The translations under genes and the position numbers were made by a program. Positions 1 through 14,166 of a stretch of 64,000 bases of DNA are shown piece after piece. The DNA lies in contig OX597823.1 of the NCBI GenBank assembly GCA_951406725.2, forward strand, positions 111,104,001-111,168,000. Reading direction: 5' to 3'. The notes under the pieces were generated by a model. That model ran no database searches. It had not been told where the DNA came from and was given only the letters and a program-made list of their open reading frames with translations. This DNA is from Octopus vulgaris (Eukaryota). Within the stretch, counting starts at the first letter, position 1. The number at the start of each line of letters is the position of its first letter.

Positions 1-200
1 TTATGGCTGGATGCCCTCTCTAACACTACCCACCCCGCACAGTGGGCTCAGTGCTTTTTATGTGGCACTATCACAGATCAGGTCAGTTTTGGCATGGTTT
101 CTATAGCTGGATGCCCTTCCAAATGCCAACCACTTTACAGTGAGGACTGGATGCTTTTTTCAAGTGGCACCAGCACTGGCTAGGTCACTAAGTAACTTGC
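1..200 (-). repeat. Interspersed repeat family C (RTE-type 3' UTR/SINE-like), degenerate
   Basis: Reverse complement of the 39757-39990 motif (ggctggatgcccttcc..gccaacc..gtgctttttatgtggcac). Confidence 0.65.
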
Positions 201-255
201 AAGACAAGAAATCATTGAGAAGAGAGAGAGCATTGGAGGAGGTGCTCTTGTGTAA

Positions 256-489
256 GGCAGCAATCTGGCAGAAACGTTAGAACACTGGCGAAATGCTTAT
301 CGGTATTTCGCCTGCTGTTACGTTCTGAGTTCAAATTCCGCCGAGGTCAACCTTGCCTTTCATCCTTTCAGGGTCGATAAATAAAGTACCAGTTTCGCAC
401 TGGGGTCGATACAATCGACTTAATCCCTTTGTCTGTCGTTGTTTGTCCTCTCTGTGTTTAGCCCCTTGTGGGTAGTAAAGAAATAAGAA
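256..489 (+). mobile_element. tRNA-derived SINE family A (tail type 1)
   Basis: ggcagaaacgttag..gagttcaaattcc (B-box-like)..gccccttgtgggtagtaaagaaat; recurs at 49612, 60724 and 61733. Confidence 0.85.
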
Positions 490-1237
490 AAGTAGGAGAA
501 GGAAAGTAAAAAAATGCTCCCACTGCAAAGAAGGATTACTTGGGAAGGGGAAGGAGAAGATGGGTGGCTGTATACCAGGTGTCAAAAGGGACAAGTACAG
601 GTATCTTGTTATAGAGGAGATATTGGGATGAAGGAGAGAAGAAGAGGATAGTGATTGGGTGCTAGAGCAAACACTCAAGGAACAAGAAAGTGAGCATAAG
701 AGAGGAGAAGAATGGTGAGTGATGGGAGGAGATGAGGGAGTGGATATTTTCTTAAGAGTGCAAGAAGGGAATAAACAGGTGGAGGTAAGGGTTGGTGCAG
801 TAAGTAAAAAAAACAAAGGTTGGTGTGCAGATGATGGGAAATGCCAGTATGTGGAGGGATCAGGTGGGAAATATAGAAGGAGCTGAGGAAGAGGAGTAGA
901 ACAATGTGTAAAGTGTAGGAGCTGTGAAGAAGAATTGATAAGAATACATAATGGACTAAATGCAGCTAATAAAATTTCAACTTGTTATTTGAATCTCTTG
1001 ATATATATATATATGTATATATTAGAAGATTTGGAGATGATGTACAGGTATTTTATATTAGAAGAAATGAGGTACTTCGAAATTTGGATGGTTTTATATT
1101 TACAGATATTTATTTGTGTATTACATGTTTTTATACATCATATATCATATGTTAGCATTTTCGTCCATTCTAATGAAGTTGTCAAATTGAACTGTATGTA
1201 TGCATACATACATACACATATACATACATATATATAG

Positions 1238-1270
<33 letters not shown>

Positions 1271-1637
1271 CTTGTTTCAGTCATGAGACTTCAGCCATGC
1301 TGGAACACTGCCTCTCCTCAAACAAACTGACCCCAGGACTTATCCTATGTAAGCCTAGTAATTATTTTATCGGTCTCTTTTTCTGTACCACTAATTTATG
1401 GGGATGTAAACACACCAACATCTCTTGTCAAGTGTTGGTGGGGGAGACAAACACAGTCACACAAATTTATATAAACATGTGATGGGCTTCTTTCAGTTAC
1501 CGCCTACCAATGCCACTCACATGGCTTTGGTCAGCACGAGGATATAGTAGGAGACACTTGCCAAAGGTGCTATGAGACCGAACCTGGGACCATATGGTTG
1601 GGAAGCAAGCTTCTTACCACACAGTCACTCCTGTGCA
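1271..1637 (-). mobile_element. tRNA-derived SINE family B, diverged copy
   Basis: Collinear with copies at 19642, 30100, 35419, 40590, 51152 and 51985. Confidence 0.8.
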
Positions 1638-1719
1638 TGTATATATATATATGCATATACACATAGAAATATATAGAAGTAGATAGCTAATAGGTAGATA
1701 GACATAATGACAGAACATG

Positions 1720-1753
<34 letters not shown>

Positions 1754-1868
1754 GAGATAGAGAGAAATATCATAGTCATGCTTTGCATGACTTTACATTT
1801 AAGCAGGAAATATTGTTGGTGTATATATATATATATATATACACACACATATATGTATACATACTTAT

Positions 1869-1914
<46 letters not shown>

Positions 1915-1967
1915 GTGTGTGTATATATATATATACATATATATAAGTGTATATATATATATATATA

Positions 1968-2053
<86 letters not shown>

Positions 2054-2055
2054 AA
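1720..2055. repeat. (AGAT)n and compound (TA)n/(CA)n microsatellites
   Basis: Read directly; source of the YIYI pseudo-ORFs. Confidence 0.95.
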
Positions 2056-2942
2056 CATGCACGTATATTATGTGTGCTTACATATATTGACAAAACATTG
2101 AAAATAATATGCACAACTTTCCTTAAATTCAACATGCAATTCATTGCCATTCTTGTTATCAAAATTCCAGCGATGGGAATTTATGTCTTTGTTAGAAACA
2201 AGCCCCTTCTTTATTGGAAGCTTTCAAAGAATTAAAGAAAGAAAAATAACACACATACACACAAGCACACATGTCTTCTTTGTGTGAATATATGTGTGTG
2301 TGTGTGGTATATATGTGAGTGAGCTTGCATGTGTCTGCGTCTGCACGTGCATGTGTACATGTGTCTGTGTGTAGTTGCATAAAATGTATATAAATACAAC
2401 ACATATATAACAAAATAAAGTTGGGGAAGAACATAATTAAAGCAAACTTTTAAAGAACACCACTTATTTTCCAAGATTCCTCTCATCTCCAGTCTTCAGC
2501 CCCACCCACTTCTCCAGTTCTTTCTGCATCTCTTCACTCCTGAAGTCTACCCCACCCTCCCTTCAATTTTTCCCAAACAATACTCTTTCTGCTGTTCCTC
2601 TTAGCTTACTCCCAAAACGATTCCAAAAGATTTTCAAGTATTTAAGACATTTTAAGCATTAGATTCTATAATCTTTTGTTACTTCTTTGACTGATTTCCT
2701 GAGAATCTCTTTTATGCAATTCCTCAATCAAACAACTTATTTTATTTATATTCTTCACAAAAGACTAACGAGTGAAGCGGTTGTTGCAATGAGAATAAGG
2801 AACAGTCTACCATATGTTTCATATGTATAAATATTTGTGCTTATATGTGCACACTTAGGTGTATGTGTAGATATGTGTATATATGCTTCTATGTTTACAT
2901 ATATGCATATAAGCTTTTGTATCTATATATACATATATAAAC

Positions 2943-2977
<35 letters not shown>

Positions 2978-3699
2978 TACACACACATATATATATATAT
3001 ATATATACATATACATATTCACATAAAATGCACATAGAAACATGTACAAATATAACTGCTGTTATATATTACCTGCACTAAAGTGTCTGTATGTATGAGG
3101 TGTGTTTCTACACTTGTTTAATTGTTTATTTGTTTTTATTATCTAACATAGTTGCATTTAAAAACACCTTGTGCATATGCAATTGCTTTCCTGTGTAAGC
3201 ATGTATGTGTGTATTATATCTTGGAGTTTATATGTATCTCTATATAAATGTATACATTATACATATATGTGTATATGTACATGTGTACATATGCATGTAT
3301 GTATATATGTATGTATGTATGTACAAATGCATTTATGTATCATCATGATGGCATGGTTTGCATCTATTGATGAGATTGGACAGATTATAGAACAGCACCA
3401 GACTCAAATGTCTATGTTACCATAGTTTTTATGACTGGTTGTGTTTTCTTAATTTTACAGACTATACTGGGTACTTTTATAATGGCACCTGTAGTACTGA
3501 AGTCAGCTTGTAACCACGAGAAGCCACTTGACCGAGTGGAGAGCATAAGTGAGAGGAAGTTAGCTGCATGTTAGATGTTGAGAGGCTAAAGTACAACAGA
3601 GAGACAGAAATAGGTGCCCTGCCATAGGGGAGATACATTGCTATCGCAGATGGAAAGAGGGAGAAAAATGGTAGCAATGAAATGTAGTGTCATGCACTC

Positions 3700-4270
3700 T
3701 CAAAGTATAAAAACATGATTATAAAAAAGAATAAGGACAAAGATTTGAGATGGGTAGGTGAGTAAGTTTGAAAGGGTATGAAAGGACAGGAAGACACAGT
3801 TTGAGAGAATTGGGATAGAGGTGAATGTTGTGAATGGTGAAGAATTTTGAAGATATGGTCAACGGTGAATATTTGTTTGAAGGGAAGATGGAAGAAATAG
3901 GAATATGCCAGGGAGGAAGAGTTGGAAGTCCTAAAACATGTGTGTAATGAACAGAAGATATAATAAAATAGTAGAGAAATGAGAAATAAGATGATCTGAA
4001 ATCTGATAGGGGAAGATGGATGTATAGTGATGAAACTGAAGGTTAGAGGTACATAGGGTTGGATATAGTAAGTGATGAAGAAAGTAGGATGTATAGATGG
4101 AAGACACAAGTGAGTGTTGAGAATGATGTATGAGAGGGTACACAGTGTTAAGAAAGAGGTGTGGTGGTCATAATATGTAGATCTATGAAAAGGGTTTTCA
4201 GTGGGAGATAAGGTGGGAAGGAATGATCCTGAGAATGAGGGATGCATGACAAACAAATGTGGGTCCAAGG
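3700..4270 (-). pseudogene. Possible heavily decayed Penelope-like GIY-YIG region
   Basis: Minus ORF LLFYYIFCSLH...VDHIFKILHHSQHSPLSQF weakly resembles the PLE motif LIYCI.C..C...EH; weak support. Confidence 0.3.
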
Positions 4271-4439
4271 TGAAGGATGCAAAAGGGATATGTGCAGTTC
4301 TTCTCTTATATACTTAAAACAGCTCAGGGAATAATGATGTAATTAGAAGAGTGATGGAGGTATGAGATGTTGGGAAGGGATGATGAGGGCAGTTTGAGTA
4401 TAGGGCATAAAATATGAAAAATTTGCTTTTAGGATCTCT

Positions 4440-4700
4440 TTTAGGTCTTGTGAAGCACAGAGAGTTGCACATCATTTTAGTCATCTCATTCACAAGGCTC
4501 AGCATCCTGAGGTCAGTGTTCACTACTTCATCCCATGTTTTCATCTTCTTCAGGCTCCATCCACATTTTGGGGATTGGCACATCTTAATGCAGCTGTGCT
4601 CTTCAATATGAATTATATGTCCATAGCAGCACTGTCTCCTCTCTTGCACATTTCTTCTGATTCCACTTAAGACCAATTTTTCTCTTAGCACGTTTGCATA
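4440..4700 (-). pseudogene. RTE-clade LINE ORF2 C-terminal fragment
   Basis: LREKLVLSGIRRNVQERRQCCYGHI...KTWDEVVNTDL matches the RTE C-terminal pattern RRL.W.GH..R...KTW...V..DL. Confidence 0.75.
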
Positions 4701-4716
4701 AACACACACACACACA

Positions 4717-4753
<37 letters not shown>

Positions 4754-6235
4754 TCACACACAAACAAGCTGAAAAACTTCCATCCACAGACATACATATA
4801 TGTGAAACATAGAGTAACACTTTACAAAGTTTTGTCAGCTTCAATAAAATTTTATACTTGACTCTACCTTTGATATTTGAAATCTATTTTCTCCAATTGT
4901 ATACACACCCAACACTTCCCCCCTCCCCCCCACACACACGAGGAGCGAGAATGAAAGAGAGTGTCTCCAATATCTTATAACAAGCCTGAAAAATACTGAA
5001 TTGTGATGAACAGTGAGTCAGATACACCAAATACAATGTTTTGTGTTGACTCTTATAATTCTCTTTCTCCCTTTCTCTTTACAATATGCATGCACATATG
5101 TGTATCATATATCCACATATATGTATGTATGTATGTCTGTATGTATGCATGTAAGTATATATATATATATATATGCATATGCATATATATGCATATATAT
5201 GTATAACTATGTGTGTGAGAGTTTGAATTGATAGATGGGATATAAGTAGAGAGTGTGTGTTGGGCATGAAAGTGAAAGTGAGTTTGAAGAAGAAGAGAGA
5301 CAGTGTATTCAGAATGATAGAAAAAGTGTCAATTTCATCAAGATAAATGACATTTTCTTATCCAAAGAAATAAATCATTTAGATACGTATCAAATCAGTG
5401 AATTTCACAGATTTTCCTGTACATCCTTTAGCCAAGTATTTTACCATTATATTTTACCCAAAATTCTTTCTGGTTTCAAGTTGTACAATATGGATTTCTC
5501 TACAATGATTATTTGGTGCAGCGATTTTCTTCAAGAGATTTTGAAATGTTTTTGGTTTTGTATATTTGCTTGCTTGTTTGTTCTTTTATATATTTTTGTG
5601 GGGTTTTTTCTACCTATTTCTTTCCATCTTATGCTGCTTCCAATCTGTTTTCCATGCTAAGATTTCAAGAATTTTCTTCTTCCTTGTTAGAAACAATTTT
5701 TCTGAATTTCTTTATTTTTGCATTGCTCTTTATTTCTTTTTCTTTTCTTTTTTTATTTTCACGTCAGTCAGACACTCTTTCAACAACTCAACCATGAAGT
5801 AGGAGTAAAACAACTTTTAAAAAATTGTTTTGTTTTCATCAGGTAAATAAGATTCAAAGAATGTAGCTTCAAGATATATTCTTTGTTCATGTACAGGTAT
5901 GATTGGTGTAATCTGGATTAACACATGTCCAGTCCCTGATTTTTGTACAGTTCACTTAATACACAACATTATTACCCTTAAGTAATATACGAGTTTAACC
6001 AAACTCTTCTGCAAAACATTTTTAATTCACAGACAAATCTTACATTATACACTTTCTGCAGAATTAATTTTACATCTATCTTTCTCATGGATGTGTTTTT
6101 TCATGGCCCCAGTTTGTGAGAATTGATAAGGTGAGGAACATGTCGTCATATTTAACAATATTACAGTTTTATAAGTCTTAGATCTTCTCCAACACCATGG
6201 TAAAGCCAGAAAACTTATTCTTTTATGCTTTTATT

Positions 6236-6390
6236 CTTTTATTCTTTTATTTGTTTCAGTCATTTGACCGCAGCCATGCTGGAGCACTGCCTTTAGTTGA
6301 ACAAATCGACTCCAGGATTTATTCTTTGTAAGCCTGGTACTTAATCTATCGGTCTCTTTTGCTGAACCACTAAGTTATGGGGACATAAAT
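6236..6390 (-). mobile_element. SINE family B, 3' part only
   Basis: ttgtttcagtcatttgaccgcagccatgctggagcac.. matches the family B tail. Confidence 0.8.
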
Positions 6391-6685
6391 GCATACATCT
6401 GAAATGTATTCGAAGGAATTTTCGTTAATATCCTTTTTTTTTTCAGAAAGTTATGAGGAAACAAATTCAGTGGTGCACATTTCTGTAGTTATGGCCTAAA
6501 TTTACTTAGCGAATGAGTATAATTAAACAAACAAAAAATTCAAAGGAAAATTAAACGCATCAGAAAAATGACATAAATTAAGAGTTAAATGCGCAATTAT
6601 AATATATAACTGGTAGTTAATAGTTTCTGTTAATTACCTATACGCCATGATAGAGAGCAGCGTGCAGGCAGAAACGTTAGCATGC

Positions 6686-8347
6686 TTCTGGCGTTTTTTT
6701 GTAGTGTTGACATCATCTGTTTTGTTTCAGTACTTTTTTTTAAAAAATGGTTAATTCTTTTTGTGATGCTTTGCAGCGATTTGTTTGTGCTTCCTCTCCT
6801 CTTTTTGAGGAGAGTTAGCTTTGGACAAAAAGAAGTGTATGTTCTATTCAGATCTAAGGGGTGTGGAATTGTCTTCAGAGGAAGAACTGCTTAGAGCAGT
6901 AGAAAAAATGGATAAAATAATTTAAATAGAGGAAAAAAAAGAAAAACTTCGCGGAAGTGACAAGACAAGAGGAAGAGGAGATTGATATCAAGAGAATTAG
7001 TAATTTTAAAAATTTGACTTGTAGAGAGGGATACAACGTGGAATTGGTCCCTCCAAAGGAAATGTTGGAATGCATTAGGAGAAAAACAATTACATACAAA
7101 AAATTTTCTACAAAGGCAGGAAGAATAGAGAATTCAAACACAAGCCAAATAGAAAAGTGCTAAGGCCCATGTGGCAGGATATAGTCTTTTTAAAGAGCGG
7201 TACAAGATTTGGTACAGTAGAGGTGAGGTTCGCAAAAGAACAAAACGCAAAGAAACAGGCAGCAAAGACAATACAGGACAAAGAAGTGGTGTTGTTCCCC
7301 ACTTGCATGGGTAGACGGGCAACTAGGATTAAAGTCGAAGGTATTCCACCTGAAATAGACGTGGCCTGGGTAGCGGCCGCAGTCCTTAAAGGAAGTGAGG
7401 ATGATATAGCAGTGCTCCAGGCCACGAGAACCAGATGCGAGATGTGGAAGGGGAAGACACTTGAGATGACAGTATAAGTTTCAACGGAAATAATCTTGTT
7501 TAATGAAACGGATATGAGGGCCAAGGAGGAGGGCAAAGTCCCAAGATGCTATAAATGTGTCTAAAGGGCCACATTAGAGTGGACTGCCCGAGAAAAGTGG
7601 AAGAACAGTCAAAGAAGGTAGAGGAACCTGCAGAGATAATAGAAAAAGAGGAAAAACTATCAGAAGAAGCATGGAAAGTGGTAAGCGGGAAGAAAAGGAA
7701 GAAGGCACATAATTTGAACTCTGAATCCCAACGCACCCCACACATACCCTCTCAGACCCACCCTTCTCCCACAGACACAGAGCCTACCCATTTCCCTCCG
7801 ACACGAAACCTAAAAAAAAGTGAGACATACACACAAGAAATTTCAAACTCCCTCCCCCAGACAAAAAAGAAATGTACAGTATTCATAAGAGACGATTTAA
7901 ATGAGGAGTTGTGTCAAGAATTGGTGAAATGGTACGATTTTAAGGAAATAGCAACCCATGGGTCTGAAAGTGTTGAGAGGTATCACCGTCGTGTGCTGCC
8001 AACGAAAGAACAATTGGAGAGAGTATTGAAACATAAAAGTGGTTACGGGTGGTGGGAGGTAGAGTTGGACAGAGAGGAACTACCAGAATTATCAACGTAT
8101 GAGGAAATACTAGAACTATATGGAATAGACCTTCTTGAAGGAACGGGGTGCAAAAGGTGATAAAGGGTAGAAATGGGATCGCCCAGACGTGGGGCTGACT
8201 GGCCCCATTCCATTTTTCATTTTCATGTCTATCATTCCTCTTTGTCATACGTTTTTTTCTTTGTTTTTCGTTTTGTGGCCCGACATGTGATATGTAGTCT
8301 CCTCTATGTTGCCCCCCTGGTGGGCAATAAATAAGAATTTAAGAACT
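6686..8347 (+). mobile_element. ORF1-only non-autonomous non-LTR retroposon (HAL1-like architecture)
   Basis: 10-bp TSD gttagcatgc at 6676-6685 and 8348-8357; gag-like ORF; no EN or RT; 3' end gcccccctggtgggcaataaataag. Confidence 0.8.
6957..8160 (+). pseudogene. L1/Tx1-type ORF1 (gag-like, CCHC zinc knuckle) broken by frameshifts and a stop
   Basis: ORFs 6957-7163, 7157-7477 and 7555-8160 tile one protein; PRCYKC/LKGHIRVDCP knuckle at about 7540-7590; WKVVSGKKRKK basic motif. Confidence 0.75.
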
Positions 8348-8759
8348 GTTAGCATGCCGGGCGAAGTGCTTAGCGGTATTTCGTCTGTCTTTACGTTCTG
8401 AGTTCAAATTCCGTCGAGGTCGATAAATTAAGTACCAGTTGCGTACTGTGGTCAAGCTAATCGATTGCCCCCACCCCATCCCCAAAATTCCGGGCCTTGT
8501 GCCTAGAGTAGAAAAGAATATACCATAATAACAATCGGTCTTGTTACATTACTTTCGCTATCTTCAAAACTAGCAGTTTCACTGTTTGGAATTTTCTTTT
8601 TATCTATTGTACCTATATACGTTCATTTATCCAAGTGCCAAGAACTCTTTCTTGATCTATGCTTGATTCAGGACTCTGTGAATGAGACGAACTGCAGAAA
8701 ATCCCGTCTGATAAACAGTGACCACACCTGCTAACTGACAAGAAAGTAGAAGAGTAGCA

Positions 8760-11385
8760 GTTCCAGCTTCATCAGCAATAAAGCAGGGCAAGGGACAACA
8801 CTTAGGCATTAACAGAAGCAGTTTACGGATTCGCCATCTCTACCCGAACCTTCAGGGATAGCTTCTCTGCCTACTTCTGGGTGAAACTGGCCACCCTGAT
8901 TCAGGTGTCAAGCTGCAGGCCCACCAACTTCTGGTTGATCTTTACTCCTGTCATCGCTTCGTACTCTCATAGGGTAATGCCAATCTGTACGATTCCCAAG
9001 ATATCTGACACTATTTTGGTGACGTCTGCATAAGCTAACGTAAATCATCTGGATGCCCCTCAAAACATCCAGCTTTCATGGTAATGGTTAAAAAACGGGC
9101 GAGATTGGAGCATTCTTGATGGACTGAACGTGTGATGCTAAACAATTCCGATTGGTGACCATTTATTTTGACCACCAAACAAATGTTGGTGTACACTGCA
9201 GCGATCCAGCCTCTGAAAATGGGACTAAAACCGGCCTCCTAGTAATGGGACTGAAACTAAAACAGCCTCCTAGTAACGGTAGTCGGCCATTTGATTGATC
9301 AAATTGATCAGGAACCCATCTATGTTAGGTTCATTATCTACCCTCTATGATGTAGCTGTTGAGGTGGAGGTTGTCGTGGATATATCCGTTTGAGATAGCA
9401 CATGTCAGCACGGCATCAATCTCTTGGTTAACTCCTTGACCAAAATTTAGAAATCATCGTCCAGCCTTCAATTATCTATTTTCCCATACTCCACCGTTCG
9501 AGTCTTTCCTTAGCAGCACCACCACTCTACGGCTCACAGAACTGGGAATTCTCCCATTCTGCTACCAAGAGATCACTGAATAAGTCTGGCATATTAAGAT
9601 AAAGATTGAAGGGCAAGCCATCCAGCTCATGGGACTTCTTTGTGCAGCTAGTCCTTCTGTCCTGTGTGTCTTTGGCAGTTATTAGCATTTCGCAGAACGC
9701 TGAATCCCTGGCTGAAAGGCATGGCATGCCATCGAGGTAGAAGGGGTAATCCACCCTCATCTCCAACTCACCACATGCTCCTTATAATTCACCAAAATGC
9801 TACTGAAATTTTGCACACACCAGCTTGGGTTGAAGTAGCATGCACTCACCCCGACCCTGAATTGTGACTTTGCTTAAACGTTTTCCCTCTGCCATCCGAG
9901 CCCATCAAACGGTTTTCTTTTCCTTGTATCCTAGCACAGGCACACAAGCTCTGACAACGAACTCATCATACTTGGCAGTTAAGAATTGATCAAGGGCCTA
10001 TCTTGCTGCCAACACAACAGTCCCTATGGCTCTTCTAAGTGCCTATTTTACCATCTTAGCTCAGACTCCCTCTATTCTAGATTCCTTTAACGCTATTTCT
10101 TTACTAAGCCTCAGCACCTCTACTCTAATGGCTCTTTTCAGAACTATCCACCGTCAATTGTTCATGATTGCCCCCAATTACTTTGGTGGAACAACTTGCT
10201 AACTCTCTCTTGGAAAGACATGCTGGTAAAGACACATACAACTTCCAGTAATTAAATCTAGGTCAACCATGCAGATCTCAAGTTTGTGGTTTGTATAGCT
10301 GACAGCTTTGAATTGTGGACAACTTATGCTACTTTTCTCTAGAAGCAGTCTAGAAGACCTGATGTTGTTTGCCAATGTTCAGAATGGTGCATTCAGTAAA
10401 TCCAGTTGGTACCTGTTAGCCAGTTGGAAGTGACTGAGCAGGTTTGTGAAGCTGTTACACCCACCTCTCCTATCAGCTAGCGCCATCCTATCTTGGCTTG
10501 CATCCAAAATGGCATAGCAGTCGCCCACTAGAATTAATGAGTGAGACATCCCTAGAAAAAACTTCCAAATGTCTGAAGAAATTCAGCTGCCCAGCCCCAA
10601 TTAGGGAGTACACAACAGCTAGTATAAGATCAGCATCTAGGACTATCACCTTACCACCTGGGTCCAGGAAAATCGTCTGTATCTCGAGATCCAGGCCTTT
10701 CCCAAAAGGTACTGCTACTCTGCTTCCCATTCCAGATCAAGACAGAGATGTGTAGATCTCAAAGTCGTCAAAAATTGGGGTAAATGTGTGCATGTCAGAA
10801 ACTCTGGTCTCACTGGTGGCTATCAGATCCAAACCTAGTGACCTGAGGTCATTGAGGGAGTGATCTTGCTTCCAAGACGAGCCCAGGCTACATAAATTTA
10901 TTTAACCTAATTTAATAATTATCATGTTAGTTAGAAATAGTTAAGAGAAAGGGAAAAAGTGGGTTACTTACCCTCTCTGTACATTTGGAAGGCAGGTGGT
11001 CTGACTTCTGAACCAGAATGAGGTTCCTTTGGCAACCTCTTCAAAAGTCTGCTTGTACCTTTTATATTAGAGGTTCCAATGTCATAAGGGAAAAATCTCT
11101 CCGTTTCAGTTCAATTTTAGTGGCATGTGCACTAACATTGAAGTTTCTGGCCCTTAAAAGTGCTGGCGTTACAAATTGCAGCCTCTCTCTCTCAATATCT
11201 TCTTTTGGGAATGAGTTGGAGTTGTGATGGTTTTGATGGTGCTTGTGTTAGCAGTGGTTGTGTTGATGGTTGTGGAGCTGGTGGAGCTGTTGTTGTCATT
11301 GATGTATCTGTGTTTGTTGTGAGAGCATTTTTTTGTGTTTTCTGGTGTGTGTGTGTTGATGTGAAGCAAGGTGTTTTTCCTGTGT
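8760..11385 (-). mobile_element. Decayed Tx1/L1-clade LINE (ORF1 tail plus ORF2 APE endonuclease and RT), 3' end missing
   Basis: ORF2 start near 10925 (..DLIATSETR); DPGGKVIVLD; KSHELDGLPFNLY; IHDNLHL; ITRSVHQ; AYADVT (decayed YADD, about 9020-9035); KLSLKVR. Confidence 0.85.
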
Positions 11386-11389
11386 TATA

Positions 11390-11392
11390 ATG

Positions 11393-11462
<70 letters not shown>

Positions 11463-11487
11463 ACCTCGTTCAGAGATTTATTATTGC

Positions 11488-11537
<50 letters not shown>

Positions 11538-11551
11538 CATGTATTCTCTTT

Positions 11552-11631
<80 letters not shown>

Positions 11632-11650
11632 ACTACTACTACTACTACTC
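11390..11650. repeat. Compound trinucleotide microsatellite (TAA)n-(CTT)n-(ACT)n-(GCT)n
   Basis: Read directly. Confidence 0.95.
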
Positions 11651-11885
11651 CTAACTTTATCATCACTACAATAAACAGAGACCTAGCATATAGGGATATA
11701 AACAATAACACCAGGAGGTTTAAAAGAATGTGTGTTAAAATGGCATATGAGTTCAGTCATTGTATTATTAATTATATGTAATAAGCTTTTTGTTATTAAT
11801 ATCAAAAACTACATTGCAAGTCACATTGGAAATATATTTTCTAAGAATCCATTGCATATATCAGTTAGAAAAGATGTATGTATGC

Positions 11886-11920
<35 letters not shown>

Positions 11921-12449
11921 TGTGTAAATTTATATAAACTATATGGATATACATATACATGCTCACACATACACAGACTCACACATGCATAAAGAAATGG
12001 ATATTCATATGTACATAAATACATAAAAACACATGCACACACACACATACACACACACACATACACACATATATACACAAGCACTTACATATTGATACAA
12101 ATAACCATACATACAAATATGTTCCTATGTTGCATTCCTTTTGGATTTGCCTGCCCACTGGAAGAATTATGGTTCCATTCTGCCGTGGACAAGTGATTTG
12201 CTCCTAAAATGGTTGCAAGGGTGATTCTTAGAAATTCTCAAGACAGCTGCCTGCTTGGCATCAAAAGCTTGCATAGATAAACAGAATAACTAAAGCCATT
12301 TAATTTCCTCTGTAGGAATAAAGGGTTGCTAGCAAAGCACAATTCCAGCCAAAGTCTTTCATTATATGTAACCTGTATTGCAGAATATATTGTAATAAGA
12401 AATACCAAAAAGAAGTAAAGAATCAGAAAAAAAGAAAAAAAAAACACTA

Positions 12450-12450
12450 G

Positions 12451-12481
<31 letters not shown>

Positions 12482-12510
12482 TAATAATAATAATAATAAT
12501 AATAATGATG

Positions 12511-12559
<49 letters not shown>

Positions 12560-12582
12560 TAGTAATAATAATAATAATGATG

Positions 12583-12637
<55 letters not shown>

Positions 12638-12943
12638 TAGTAATAATAATAATTATAATAATAATAATAATAAAAAATAATAATAATAATAATAACAACA
12701 ATAATAATCATTAACAGTAACAAATAAATAAATATGCAAAATAATAAGTATAAAGAAAAGAAAAAAATCATGATGGGAAAAATTGCAACATAAATATTAA
12801 TAATGATGATGATGGTAATGGTGATGATGATGAGGAGGAGGATGATGAGGATGATGATGATGACATCAACGAACATGACGATTATGTTGATGGGGGATAA
12901 TACTGATAGTGGTGGCAGCAGCGACATTGATAATAAATATGAA

Positions 12944-12998
<55 letters not shown>

Positions 12999-13000
12999 TT
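12450..13000. repeat. (TAA)n, (GAT)n and (TAG)n microsatellites
   Basis: Read directly. Confidence 0.95.
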
Positions 13001-13118
13001 AATAGGGGAAGGCCAAAAGCTTAGAATTGCTTGCATGCTCAGGAGAGAATGGAAAATATTACTGAGTAATCTACTCTCTATCTGTACCTTACTTCTCATC
13101 TAACTCTCTCCTTCTCTA

Positions 13119-13590
<472 letters not shown>

Positions 13591-13744
13591 GAAGTTAGTA
13601 TGGAAGTGTGAGAGTTAAGAAAGCAAATTATCGTGATTAAGAAAAAGGGTGAAAAGGAGAATTACACAAGAAAAGAAGGAAAGAGAGTAGGGATTGATAT
13701 CAGTGAAGAAAAAGAAGGGAACGATGTGCGTAGAAGGAAAATGA

Positions 13745-14002
13745 AATGATATGGAATGAAGTGAAAGAAATCATGATGAGGATGTTGGTGATGAGGCTGA
13801 TGATGTTGATGGCGATGATGAGAGCAATGAGAAATATAATATTGATGATGATGATGGTAATGATGGAAATGTTGATGATGATAACGGTGATGACGATGAC
13901 GATGATGATGACGAGGATGAAGAGGGTGGGGATCATACAGATTGCTAGAGGTGGATTTGATGTTGCCAACAACAGTCATAATGAAACTGGAGATGATGGT
14001 GA

Positions 14003-14036
<34 letters not shown>

Positions 14037-14046
14037 GGTGGTGGTG

Positions 14047-14099
<53 letters not shown>

Positions 14100-14112
14100 G
14101 GTGGTGGTAGTG

Positions 14113-14166
<54 letters not shown>

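Larger units (their letters stand above)
6654..8520 (+). mobile_element. SINE family A (tail type 2) split by a 1.66 kb insertion
   Basis: Head ggcagaaacgttagcatgc ends at 6685 and resumes as gttagcatgccgggcgaagtgc at 8348. Confidence 0.85.
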
